Below, one piece after another: positions 9,731 through 16,606 of a stretch of 64,000 nt of DNA (position 1 is the first letter of the stretch; each line of letters opens with the position of its first letter). Source of the stretch: a virus (taxonomy: Duplodnaviria > Caudoviricetes); the IMG/VR virus record IMGVR_UViG_3300027759_000001; one strand, given 5' to 3'. Under the pieces are notes generated by a model. That model saw only the letters and a program-made list of their open reading frames with translations. It was not told the origin of the DNA and searched no databases. A program made the translations under genes and the position numbers.

Positions 9731-10228
9731 ATGAAAGACACACTACCATATTGTACTACAGAAAAAGCAATCAAAGGTTATGAAGAATCCGTAATTGCAA
9801 AACGTGAAACCAACGACTGTGTTGTAAGAGCATTTGCATCTTGTTTTGATGTATCTTACGATTACGCTCACAAATACGTTAGAGAAAATTTTGGCCGTAA
9901 AGATCGTAACGGGACATATGGTACCGTAGATAAAATGACCAAACTTGCGGAAAATAGAAATCAAATAAATTACAAAAAAGTTAAATGTATCGGTAAATTA
10001 AACAATTACCGTAGTAGACACACTTTGGAGTATACTGTTAACGTAAAGGGTAAAAAAGTTAACCGTAAAATGACTGTTGGTACATTTACAAAACAAAACC
10101 CTGTTGGGACATTCTTTATGTTAGTTAGCCGTCACGCCTTCACAATCAAAGATGGTGTGGTGATCGGTAACCACGAGGATTCAACCAAGAAAAAACGCAT
10201 ATTACTTCATGCGTTTGAAGTAAAATAA
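9731..10228 (+). CDS. Conserved phage hypothetical protein (NDCVVRA...HAFTIKDG type, possible Cys-His enzyme)
   Basis: Start reassigned from the track's TTG (9704), which lies inside the promoter, to ATG 9731. Confidence 0.65.
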   Translation: MKDTLPYCTTEKAIKGYEESVIAKRETNDCVVRAFASCFDVSYDYAHKYVRENFGRKDRNGTYGTVDKMTKLAENRNQINYKKVKCIGKLNNYRSRHTLEYTVNVKGKKVNRKMTVGTFTKQNPVGTFFMLVSRHAFTIKDGVVIGNHEDSTKKKRILLHAFEVK

Positions 10229-10249
10229 TAAAAAATATTTTACAAATTG

Positions 10250-10353
10250 TTTGGCAAATCAAAAGTAATTACATATATTTGTAAGACAAACAACGGGGGT
10301 AGGAAGTGAGAGGTTGGTGTCCTACTCCCGTGAAGAAAGAAGAAGTTCATTGA
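10250..10353 (+). promoter_or_regulatory. Host-type promoter with leader hairpin and boxA-like element heading the tRNA array
   Basis: TTTG 10250-10253, 20-nt spacer, TATATTTG 10274-10281; 11-bp hairpin 10294-10330; GTTCATTGA 10345-10353. Confidence 0.75.
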
Positions 10354-10555
10354 AATAGTTTGAATAAGGTAACCACGAACCCACTGGTATTAGGCGTCTC
10401 TTGAGATGGAATGCAAGACAGAGTGTAAGTCCTACCTTATTCGTTTAAAAATATTGTGGTGGTAAGAAACGGGAAACTCGTAAAGTGCATTAACCTGTTG
10501 ACATAAGATGGTGAAACGAGAGTGTGTGTCAGCTACTTAACTACAAAATTAAAAT

Positions 10556-10709
10556 AGTCAGGTGGTGGAATGTTAGACACATAGTGACACGCACGGCAAC
10601 CTTGAATAAGTGCACTTTGAAAAGGCAATGCGAATGATGAAGAACACTACCTCACTGTGCGTAGGTAAAATTCAAAGTGTTCATGCAGGTTAGAATCCTG
10701 TCCTGACTA
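10556..10709 (+). ncRNA. tRNA-like RNA with a greatly expanded anticodon domain
   Basis: Acceptor AGTCAGG/CCTGACT-A, Leu-like D arm, T arm GCAGG-TTAGAAT-CCTGT, about 100-nt central insert. Confidence 0.6.
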
Positions 10710-10785
10710 CAACTAAGGAAGCAATACGAGAGTCCTGAATTGTACACAAAATATCCGTATTGACACCTCGGAAAGACGAGAATAT

Positions 10786-10859
10786 AGTTAATTAGCTCAG
10801 TTGGTTAGAGCAATTCCCTGATACGGAATAGGTCATTGGTTCGAGTCCAATATTAACTA
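10786..10859 (+). tRNA. tRNA-Ile(GAU)
   Basis: AGTTAAT/ATTAACT acceptor; ATTCC-CTGATAC-GGAAT anticodon arm; canonical D and T arms. Confidence 0.92.
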
Positions 10860-10864
10860 CATAT

Positions 10865-10937
10865 CGCGGGATGTGGAAGATGGTTATCCGCTCGGTCTCA
10901 TAAGCCGAGATCGCAGGTTCGAATCCTGCTCCCGCAA
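10865..10937 (+). tRNA. tRNA-Met(CAU), initiator-like
   Basis: CGCGGGA/TCCCGCA with C1:A72 mismatch; TCGGT-CTCATAA-GCCGA. Confidence 0.88.
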
Positions 10938-11010
10938 CTAAAAGGGTAGAATATTCGTAAGGGCCTTTCCTGAAAGATGGCTAGCTAGGCCCGTGTCTAC
11001 CCTTATTTTT

Positions 11011-11082
11011 GGTCCCATCGACTATCGGTTAGGTCGTCAGGTTTTCATCCTGGAAAGTCGGGTTCGATTCCCGGTGGGACTA
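11011..11082 (+). tRNA. tRNA-Glu(UUC)
   Basis: GGTCCCA/TGGGACT; TCAGG-TTTTCAT-CCTGG. Confidence 0.92.
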
Positions 11083-11162
11083 CTATAGCCAACCAAGCTT
11101 TACTACGATACGGGTTCATACCTGTGGGTTAGGGGTGACGATCAGGAAAGACTGATAAACTT

Positions 11163-11235
11163 GGTCCCGTGGTTGAATGGTTACAATTCCACCCTGTCAC
11201 GGTGTGAGATACGGGTTCGAATCCCGTCGGGACCG
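11163..11235 (+). tRNA. tRNA-Asp(GUC)
   Basis: GGTCCCG/CGGGACC-G; CCACC-CTGTCAC-GGTGT. Confidence 0.92.
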
Positions 11236-11255
11236 CAAAATAATGAATAATTTTC

Positions 11256-11286
11256 ATTGCCAATTGAATTAAATGTCATATCTTTG
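11256..11286 (+). promoter_or_regulatory. Bacteroidetes-type promoter inside the tRNA array
   Basis: ATTG, 19-nt spacer, TATCTTTG (11279-11286). Confidence 0.65.
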
Positions 11287-11306
11287 TTAAACAAACAACG
11301 AGAGAT

Positions 11307-11831
11307 ATGGAAAACTTGATAAACATTTTGAAGAAAGAGACTGAAACATTAAAAGTTCAGTACATTGCTAAAACTAAAGAGTGGGCGAAAGATCAGTTCG
11401 ACGCAATTATGGTTAGATCAGGTTGGGATAACCTTCAATGGTGTAACTTTTTTGGATTGACACAAGATGTTTATAACGAAGGAAGACCTTCTGAGTTCAA
11501 GTCATTCCCAAGAGGGTTTTACAACTCTAAACAAAGTCGTGAGTATAATAACTTCAAAGACAAAGCGTCAAAAGTTAAACAAATGGGTGTTGAGGGATTC
11601 ATGTTGGCTGAAGAGAAAAAGGCTGAGTTACACTACGAAGGATCTATCGTGAAACTTGCAAACCGAATTGATAAAAAAGGTTTGATCGTAGAGAAACTTG
11701 TTGTTGAAACTTCTCACATCGGTGTTAACATCAACACAACATTGACTGACGGTGAGAAAACGGTAAGAGCGTTCACGATCATCGCATCAGGTGAGATCCA
11801 AAGACCACACTACCGGTATTTGGTAAAATAA
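11307..11831 (+). CDS. Hypothetical protein embedded in the tRNA array
   Basis: 174-aa ORF with its own host-type promoter. Confidence 0.75.
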   Translation: MENLINILKKETETLKVQYIAKTKEWAKDQFDAIMVRSGWDNLQWCNFFGLTQDVYNEGRPSEFKSFPRGFYNSKQSREYNNFKDKASKVKQMGVEGFMLAEEKKAELHYEGSIVKLANRIDKKGLIVEKLVVETSHIGVNINTTLTDGEKTVRAFTIIASGEIQRPHYRYLVK

Positions 11832-11834
11832 AAT

Positions 11835-11966
11835 AGTCAAGTGGACGTAATGAGGGATGGTCCCAAGTCCCCAAGACACCACGGTTCATAAGCATTTGGA
11901 CGCGAGAAGTCGTAAGGTTGTCTAATCCGTCTTGAACGGTATTCGGTTCGAGTCCGACCTTGACTA
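11835..11966 (+). ncRNA. tRNA-like RNA with branched D and anticodon domains
   Basis: Acceptor AGTCAAG/CTTGACT-A; T loop TTCGAGT in TCGG/CCGA; inner stems GGAC/GTCC, CAAGAC/GTCTTG, TTGGAC/GTCTAA. Confidence 0.6.
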
Positions 11967-12061
11967 CAACACATAAACTTAAGTACCCATACCGCTAACG
12001 GTGGGCTAAGTAAGATACAATTTCGTACTGCGGGAAGTAGAATGCTTAAGAGTGTGTTTAT

Positions 12062-12145
12062 AGTCAGGAGTGTAATTAGACATCGGTGTTGATCCCATCC
12101 GTTGAGGATGGTTGCTCATTGTAGGTTCGAATCCTATCCTGACTA
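12062..12145 (+). ncRNA. tRNA-like RNA without a canonical anticodon arm
   Basis: AGTCAGG/CCTGACT-A; GTAGG-TTCGAAT-CCTAT; internal CCATCC/GGATGG hairpin. Confidence 0.6.
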
Positions 12146-12306
12146 CACGTTTCGGTTCATCACCGAATAGTATGTCCAATACGATGAGAAGTGAGGTGAT
12201 ACTTCATATGGAACTGCTGATATGACAAGGTTATATCTGGTTTGACTAACCACGGGGAAGATCAAAGAGAAGTGAAGAACCAACGTACTCTCGTAAGTTA
12301 ATTTAT

Positions 12307-12396
12307 AATCAAATGGCGGAATTGGTAGACGCTACTCATCTTATTGGGGAGACCGAGTTAAAAACGGTTGTATTGGTTCGAATCCTTTTTTGATTA
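12307..12396 (+). pseudogene. Degenerate class II (Leu-like) tRNA
   Basis: TGGCGGAATTGGTAGACGC D arm and long variable arm, but poor anticodon stem and mismatched T stem. Confidence 0.55.
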
Positions 12397-12400
12397 CTCA

Positions 12401-12474
12401 GGACTTTTAGCTCAGCAGGTTAGAGCACCGCACTCATAATGCGTAGGTCCATGGTTCGAATCCATGATGGTCCA
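12401..12474 (+). tRNA. tRNA-CAU, probably Ile2 (lysidine type); elongator Met not excluded
   Basis: GGACTTT/ATGGTCC-A; CGCA-CTCATAA-TGCG; the GGACYTTTAG start resembles bacterial Ile2 tRNAs. Confidence 0.8.
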
Positions 12475-12574
12475 CAATAATAATTAATAATTGGTTAATA
12501 AACACTATTTTTACATCAATATTAATTAACTAAAACTTTAAAATTTTATTTACGTTTATATTAAAAACACCATT

Positions 12575-12667
12575 ATGACATCAGAAATAATTGCCACAAT
12601 CATTACTCCAATTATTATATTATTAACATTTACTTACTTATTTTTAAAAGATAAATGGTCCAAATGA
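12575..12667 (+). CDS. Small single-TM peptide (30 aa)
   Basis: MTSEIIATIITPIIILLTFTYLFLKDKWSK, directly upstream of holin candidates. Confidence 0.45.
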   Translation: MTSEIIATIITPIIILLTFTYLFLKDKWSK

Positions 12668-12716
12668 TGTTTTTGAAATATTTATTGTTATAAATAAACT
12701 TTTAAAAACAAAAATT

Positions 12717-12890
12717 ATGAAATTTTCTAAAGAACAACTTTTGGGTATTGTAAGACACTCATTAACATTTATCGGTGGTATTTTTATTACAAAAGGACTT
12801 ATTGATGAAAGTATTTTAAATGAAGTAATCGGTGGTGCAATTGCTCTAACAGGTGCAATTTGGTCAATTGTTGTAAAAAACAAAGCTTAA
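12717..12890 (+). CDS. Putative small holin (Pam3-gp28-like, 57 aa, not in ORF track)
   Basis: MKFSKEQLLGIVRHSLTFIGGIFITKGLIDESILNEVIGGAIALTGAIWSIVVKNKA; two hydrophobic helices. Confidence 0.6.
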   Translation: MKFSKEQLLGIVRHSLTFIGGIFITKGLIDESILNEVIGGAIALTGAIWSIVVKNKA

Positions 12891-12910
12891 ATTTTATTAG
12901 AATAAAAGTA

Positions 12911-12938
12911 AAACCCACCCACAAGGTGGGTTTTTTTG
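12911..12938 (+). terminator. Intrinsic terminator
   Basis: AACCCACC-CACAA-GGTGGGTT followed by a T tract. Confidence 0.85.
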
Positions 12939-12983
12939 TTATGTGATTTTATTTTTTTAATTTGTTAGGTATTTATTAATTAT

Positions 12984-13598
12984 ATGTTTGAAAATATGAC
13001 AGGAATTATTATTGCGTTTATAACAGGTGTTATAGGTCCGATCCTTTTACTTTACATAAAAAGTAAATTAGAAAAGAAAAAAGATAAGCCAGATATGGTT
13101 AGAGAAACTCTTCGTGTGAGTGAGTTGGTAACAACAAAAATAGAACACATAAAGGAAGAATTTGATGCCGATCGTGTTTGGATAACCCAATTCCACAATG
13201 GTGGTAATTTCTACCCAACGGGTAAATCAATGGCAAAGTTCTCAATAATGTATGAAACGGTTCATCCTGGAGTACCATCGGTACAAAGTAATTTTCATAA
13301 TATTCCCGTTAATCTATTTTCAAAATCAATAAATGAATTATTAAGTAATGATCTTATTCAAATTTCAGATTATAAAGACGAAACTATTGCAACTTTTGGA
13401 TTGAAGTATATTGCTGAAGACACGGGATGTAAATCAGGTTATTTATTTGCAATTAAAACAATTGATGATAAGTTCATTGGAACTTTAGGTTTGGATTATA
13501 CAAAACGTAAGAAGAAATTGGACATGGAATCAATTAATCACCTACAAGTTCACGCAACCTCTTTGGGTGGTGTTCTTATGACACATTTAGAACAATAA
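12984..13598 (+). CDS. Single-TM protein with GAF-like domain (T4 holin T-like architecture)
   Basis: N-terminal TM helix; ADRVWITQFHNG..FIGTLGLDY GAF-like strand pattern; adjacent to amidase. Confidence 0.55.
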   Translation: MFENMTGIIIAFITGVIGPILLLYIKSKLEKKKDKPDMVRETLRVSELVTTKIEHIKEEFDADRVWITQFHNGGNFYPTGKSMAKFSIMYETVHPGVPSVQSNFHNIPVNLFSKSINELLSNDLIQISDYKDETIATFGLKYIAEDTGCKSGYLFAIKTIDDKFIGTLGLDYTKRKKKLDMESINHLQVHATSLGGVLMTHLEQ

Positions 13599-13606
13599 AA
13601 AAATTT

Positions 13607-14440
13607 ATGAAAAATGATTTTATTTTATTAGAACACTTAAAAGTTTTACAACAAAAACTTTCATCTACTGAAGTACCCAATAGACCTAAATATCTAAATG
13701 AGTCTTCTTTACAAATTACAGATATATCTGGAGAATCAAAATTTAAAGGAAAACAATTTAGCCCTAAATATTTTTTAATACATCACACGGCAGGTAAAGG
13801 AACTCCTTCTCAAGTTGTTAAAATTTTAAATTGTAGACACTACAATGGTAGTTCAAAATGTACTACTTTAGGAATTCAATGGATTATAGATAGAGATGGT
13901 AAATTATATCAAGCGTTACCAAAAGGTTCTAAGGGTGCTCATGTTGCATCTCAAAAATCAGGTATGGAACACATAAATAATTCAAGTGCAGAAGGTGTTG
14001 AAATTATTGGGTCAAACGATGATGATATTACAATTAAACAATGTAAAACGGCATTGATATTAATTAAAAGTTTGGGGTATTCACTATCAAATGTGTTTGG
14101 TCATGGGGAGGTATCCACAAATAAACAGGCAACTGAAGGTAAAAAATGTAAAACATACGCCACTAAATATTGGAATACACCTGAAGACGAATTACCCGGA
14201 GGTAACGATAAAGAAGATGAAGACAAAAAAGACAATGTAACCACTACAACTACTGATACTTCCAAATCTTCCACTAATGATGAGGTTGATGTTGAAGATA
14301 ATACTAATGTGGCAACTAGCACCACAACTGAAAAAGGTAGTTTTCTTGACTTTTTTAAAAACCTTGGGGGTGTATTAAAAAAGAAAGAAGACTTAAAAAT
14401 AGAAGAAGACGTACAACGGATTAAAAATTTATTAAAATAA
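13607..14440 (+). CDS. N-acetylmuramoyl-L-alanine amidase (Amidase_2), endolysin or virion lysin
   Basis: FLIHHTAG, QWIIDRDG, GAHV, SAEGVE, GHGE motifs; Thr/Asp-rich linker. Confidence 0.85.
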   Translation: MKNDFILLEHLKVLQQKLSSTEVPNRPKYLNESSLQITDISGESKFKGKQFSPKYFLIHHTAGKGTPSQVVKILNCRHYNGSSKCTTLGIQWIIDRDGKLYQALPKGSKGAHVASQKSGMEHINNSSAEGVEIIGSNDDDITIKQCKTALILIKSLGYSLSNVFGHGEVSTNKQATEGKKCKTYATKYWNTPEDELPGGNDKEDEDKKDNVTTTTTDTSKSSTNDEVDVEDNTNVATSTTTEKGSFLDFFKNLGGVLKKKEDLKIEEDVQRIKNLLK

Positions 14441-14452
14441 TTACCAAACCCA

Positions 14453-14508
14453 TTTGTTTTATCGGATTAAATATACTATCTTTGTGGTATAATTAAAAAG
14501 TTCATTAA
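14453..14508 (+). promoter_or_regulatory. Host-type promoter with downstream boxA-like 9-mer
   Basis: TTTG 14453-14456, 20-nt spacer, TATCTTTG 14477-14484; GTTCATTAA 14500-14508. Confidence 0.7.
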
Positions 14509-14533
14509 TTTATTAACCTTTAAAAATCAACAA

Positions 14534-14680
14534 ATGAGTGATGAAACTCAAGTATTGGTTAACTATACTTTCTACTATTATGACAATAATGGTAAGAAAT
14601 ATACAACACCAAACTCATCTTTTGCTGAAGCAAGAGCGTATTACTACGGTACGGAAACAGTGTACATAGAAAAATATTAA
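14534..14680 (+). CDS. Small hypothetical protein (48 aa)
   Basis: MSDETQVLVNYTFYYYDNNGKKYTTPNSSFAEARAYYYGTETVYIEKY, behind its own promoter. Confidence 0.6.
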   Translation: MSDETQVLVNYTFYYYDNNGKKYTTPNSSFAEARAYYYGTETVYIEKY

Positions 14681-14698
14681 AAAAAAATTTACATATAA

Positions 14699-14850
14699 TT
14701 TGACAAATGAAAAAAATGTCTTATTTTTGTAAAACAAATTCGGAAACGTCCGAATAAAAAAAATAAAAAAGATTAGAAAAAATTTGGAAAATTCAAAAAG
14801 TATTCTTAACTTTGTAAAACAAATCGGAAACGTCCGATAACGTTCTTTGA
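14699..14850 (+). promoter_or_regulatory. Tandem P1/P2 host-type promoters, each followed by the same hairpin, then boxA (rrn-leader-like)
   Basis: TTTG-N19-TATTTTTG (14699-14729) and TTTG-N20-TAACTTTG (14783-14814); hairpins TTCGGA-AACG-TCCGAA and ATCGGA-AACG-TCCGAT; GTTCTTTGA 14842-14850. Confidence 0.8.
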
Positions 14851-14854
14851 AATT

Positions 14855-15768
14855 TTAGATATTATCCGTTCAGGAAACACAAAAGTGTCGGTGACATTAT
14901 CCACCGAGTAAATGGCAGAAAGTCCGCAGCTTGAGTGTAACTGATAAAGATATTGGGCCGTGTATAGTCCATAAAATAAACTACGAAAGTAGGATAAAGT
15001 GAACCCCCAAGTGTAACGGGTTTGCGTCTTGATGATCTTCGGATCATTGAGGTCAAGTACACAGGCGAGATACCATAAGATCTTTAGTACCGAGGCCAAC
15101 GGTGTAGGGAAAGTGATTTTATGACGAGGTGATGTGGGTCATCTTGTTGAGGAGGGAACTCCAATAGGAATAACTCGTAGGGACGTTGCAAGAATCAATA
15201 TTTCCAATGTTGTTATTGCGGATCCCAGTATCAGAGGATACTTAAAACCGAAAGGTATGTTAATGTACGGGTGGTGCCGTTATTAACCTTAACCAACTTC
15301 TACCAAGGGGTTAGTTTCGAAGTAGTCTTGAAATATTGAAATGGGGACATTTCACGGAGTTGTTTGGTATTTTGTTATTCAAAAGATAATGAAGCTTAAG
15401 ACGGACCACAACTTTGAACAATCCACGACACAAAAACTTTAATGTTAATGAAGTAACATTTATAAACTATAAAGCAAAAGTGTTCGTCACGATATAACGG
15501 AAGTTACCCACCTATTCACTGGCAGTCAGTGGAACGTGATAACCGCAAGTTTGACCGTATTTTTATGAAAAATCTCTAGGTCGTCGAAGACCGAATCAGG
15601 ACGCAATCTTGAGGAGACAGGAGTAGTAAGAGAGTAGTTGTATCGTCAAGGAGTGATTGGTCTAACCAATCGGTAATGAGTGTTACAGGACAAAATCCTG
15701 TGGATAAGAGTAGAACCAATAATGACTCAAAAGACACTTACAAAAACTGTAATCTCAGGTTTTTTTTT
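14855..15768 (+). ncRNA. Large structured non-coding RNA, about 900 nt (GOLLD-sized; family not identified)
   Basis: No credible ORF, GC-richer than flanks, many GNRA/UUCG-capped hairpins, dedicated promoters, ends at a T tract. Confidence 0.75.
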
Positions 15769-15796
15769 AACATAAACTTTAAATTCAATTGAAAGC

Positions 15797-15982
15797 ATGC
15801 AAAAATTAATTATCTTATCTATCGTTCTTTTTACGACAATCACTCTTATGACGGCTTGTGGTGAAAACGGAAATAGATCCACAACTGATGCTTCGACTGA
15901 AGTTTCAAGTGAAGATGTAACAAATGTATCGGATTCTACTTTAACAACAACTGAAGTTGTTTCTGACACAACAAAAAAATAA
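15797..15982 (+). CDS. Small Ser/Thr-rich lipoprotein
   Basis: MQKLIILSIVLFTTITLMTAC lipobox; low-complexity tail. Confidence 0.7.
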   Translation: MQKLIILSIVLFTTITLMTACGENGNRSTTDASTEVSSEDVTNVSDSTLTTTEVVSDTTKK

Positions 15983-16004
15983 TTTTACATTTATTTTAAA
16001 ACGG

Positions 16005-16030
16005 AACCTACCTTTTGGTGGGTTTTTTTA
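16005..16030 (+). terminator. Intrinsic terminator
   Basis: AACCTACC-TTTT-GGTGGGTT followed by a T tract. Confidence 0.8.
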
Positions 16031-16080
16031 TGCACTAAAATATAATATTCATACAACACTAAAATATAATTATAGTGCAT

Positions 16081-16108
16081 AAAAAAACCCCATCCGAAGA
16101 TGAGGTTT
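16081..16108 (-). terminator. Intrinsic terminator of tmRNA
   Basis: Minus strand AAACCTCATC-TTCG-GATGGGGTTT followed by a T tract. Confidence 0.8.
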
Positions 16109-16113
16109 ACATT

Positions 16114-16523
16114 TGGTGGAGGTGCGGAGGCTCGAACTCCGGTCCATAATATCCTGTCAGATAAGGACTACACGTTTAGGTTGGTATTTTCTAATACCCC
16201 AAAATATTTGGTTTTAATTTGACCAAAAACAAAGTTGATTTGTTCTTCACCATCGTAAATCAACAACCAATGGACGACTCGATTTATGGTTCAATTGTAT
16301 TCCACCATAAAGACTTCTGTTGCTAGGTTATGTGTCCACCGACCCCCCGTTTCCGTAAACCTCTTAGGCTACAGTAACTTCAGATTCTCTTAGTAAACCA
16401 AGAGTTTCCATTTTCGATAAAACGTCGCCGATTGTTTTTGTGAATCAGTTTTTAAGGAGATTAATTCAGTCTCCACGTGCCCTTTGTCTTCAGCCAATAC
16501 CTGTCAAATCCAAAAACACCCCC
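16114..16523 (-). ncRNA. ssrA: tmRNA (about 410 nt)
   Basis: 5' GGGGGTGTTTTTGGATTTGACAGG; acceptor GGGGGTG/CACCTCC-ACCA with G3.U70; T arm CGGAG-TTCGAGC-CTCCG; tag frame 16429-16364. Confidence 0.95.
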
Positions 16524-16554
16524 ATATGTCAAATAACTTATTATATTATAAATA

Positions 16555-16585
16555 CAAAGATAAGTGTAAACCTACAATAATCAAA
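16555..16585 (-). promoter_or_regulatory. Host-type promoter for tmRNA
   Basis: Minus strand TTTG (16585-16582), 19-nt spacer, TATCTTTG (16562-16555). Confidence 0.75.
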
Positions 16586-16606
16586 ATTTTTTGATATTTA
16601 TTTTAT

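Noticed and set aside
14915-14935. GGCAGAAAGTCCG resembles the RNase P GAGGAAAGUCC motif
   Set aside because: The other universal RNase P elements (AGUGCAACAG, ACAGAAxxCGGCUUA) are absent and the region is far too long
14960-14975. GTATAGTCC resembles a group I intron S element
   Set aside because: No interrupted host gene, no recognisable P7/R partner, and the region has its own promoters; no group II domain V seen either
14806-15099. Minus-strand ORFs (97 aa, 66 aa) and 15727-15969 over the ncRNA region
   Set aside because: Atypical composition, antisense to strong promoters, best explained as shadow frames
16032-16079. CACTAAAATATAAT direct repeat within a TGCACTA/TAGTGCA inverted repeat between converging terminators
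   Set aside because: Short, AT-rich, two copies; could be an operator or recombination site but there is no supporting integrase or context
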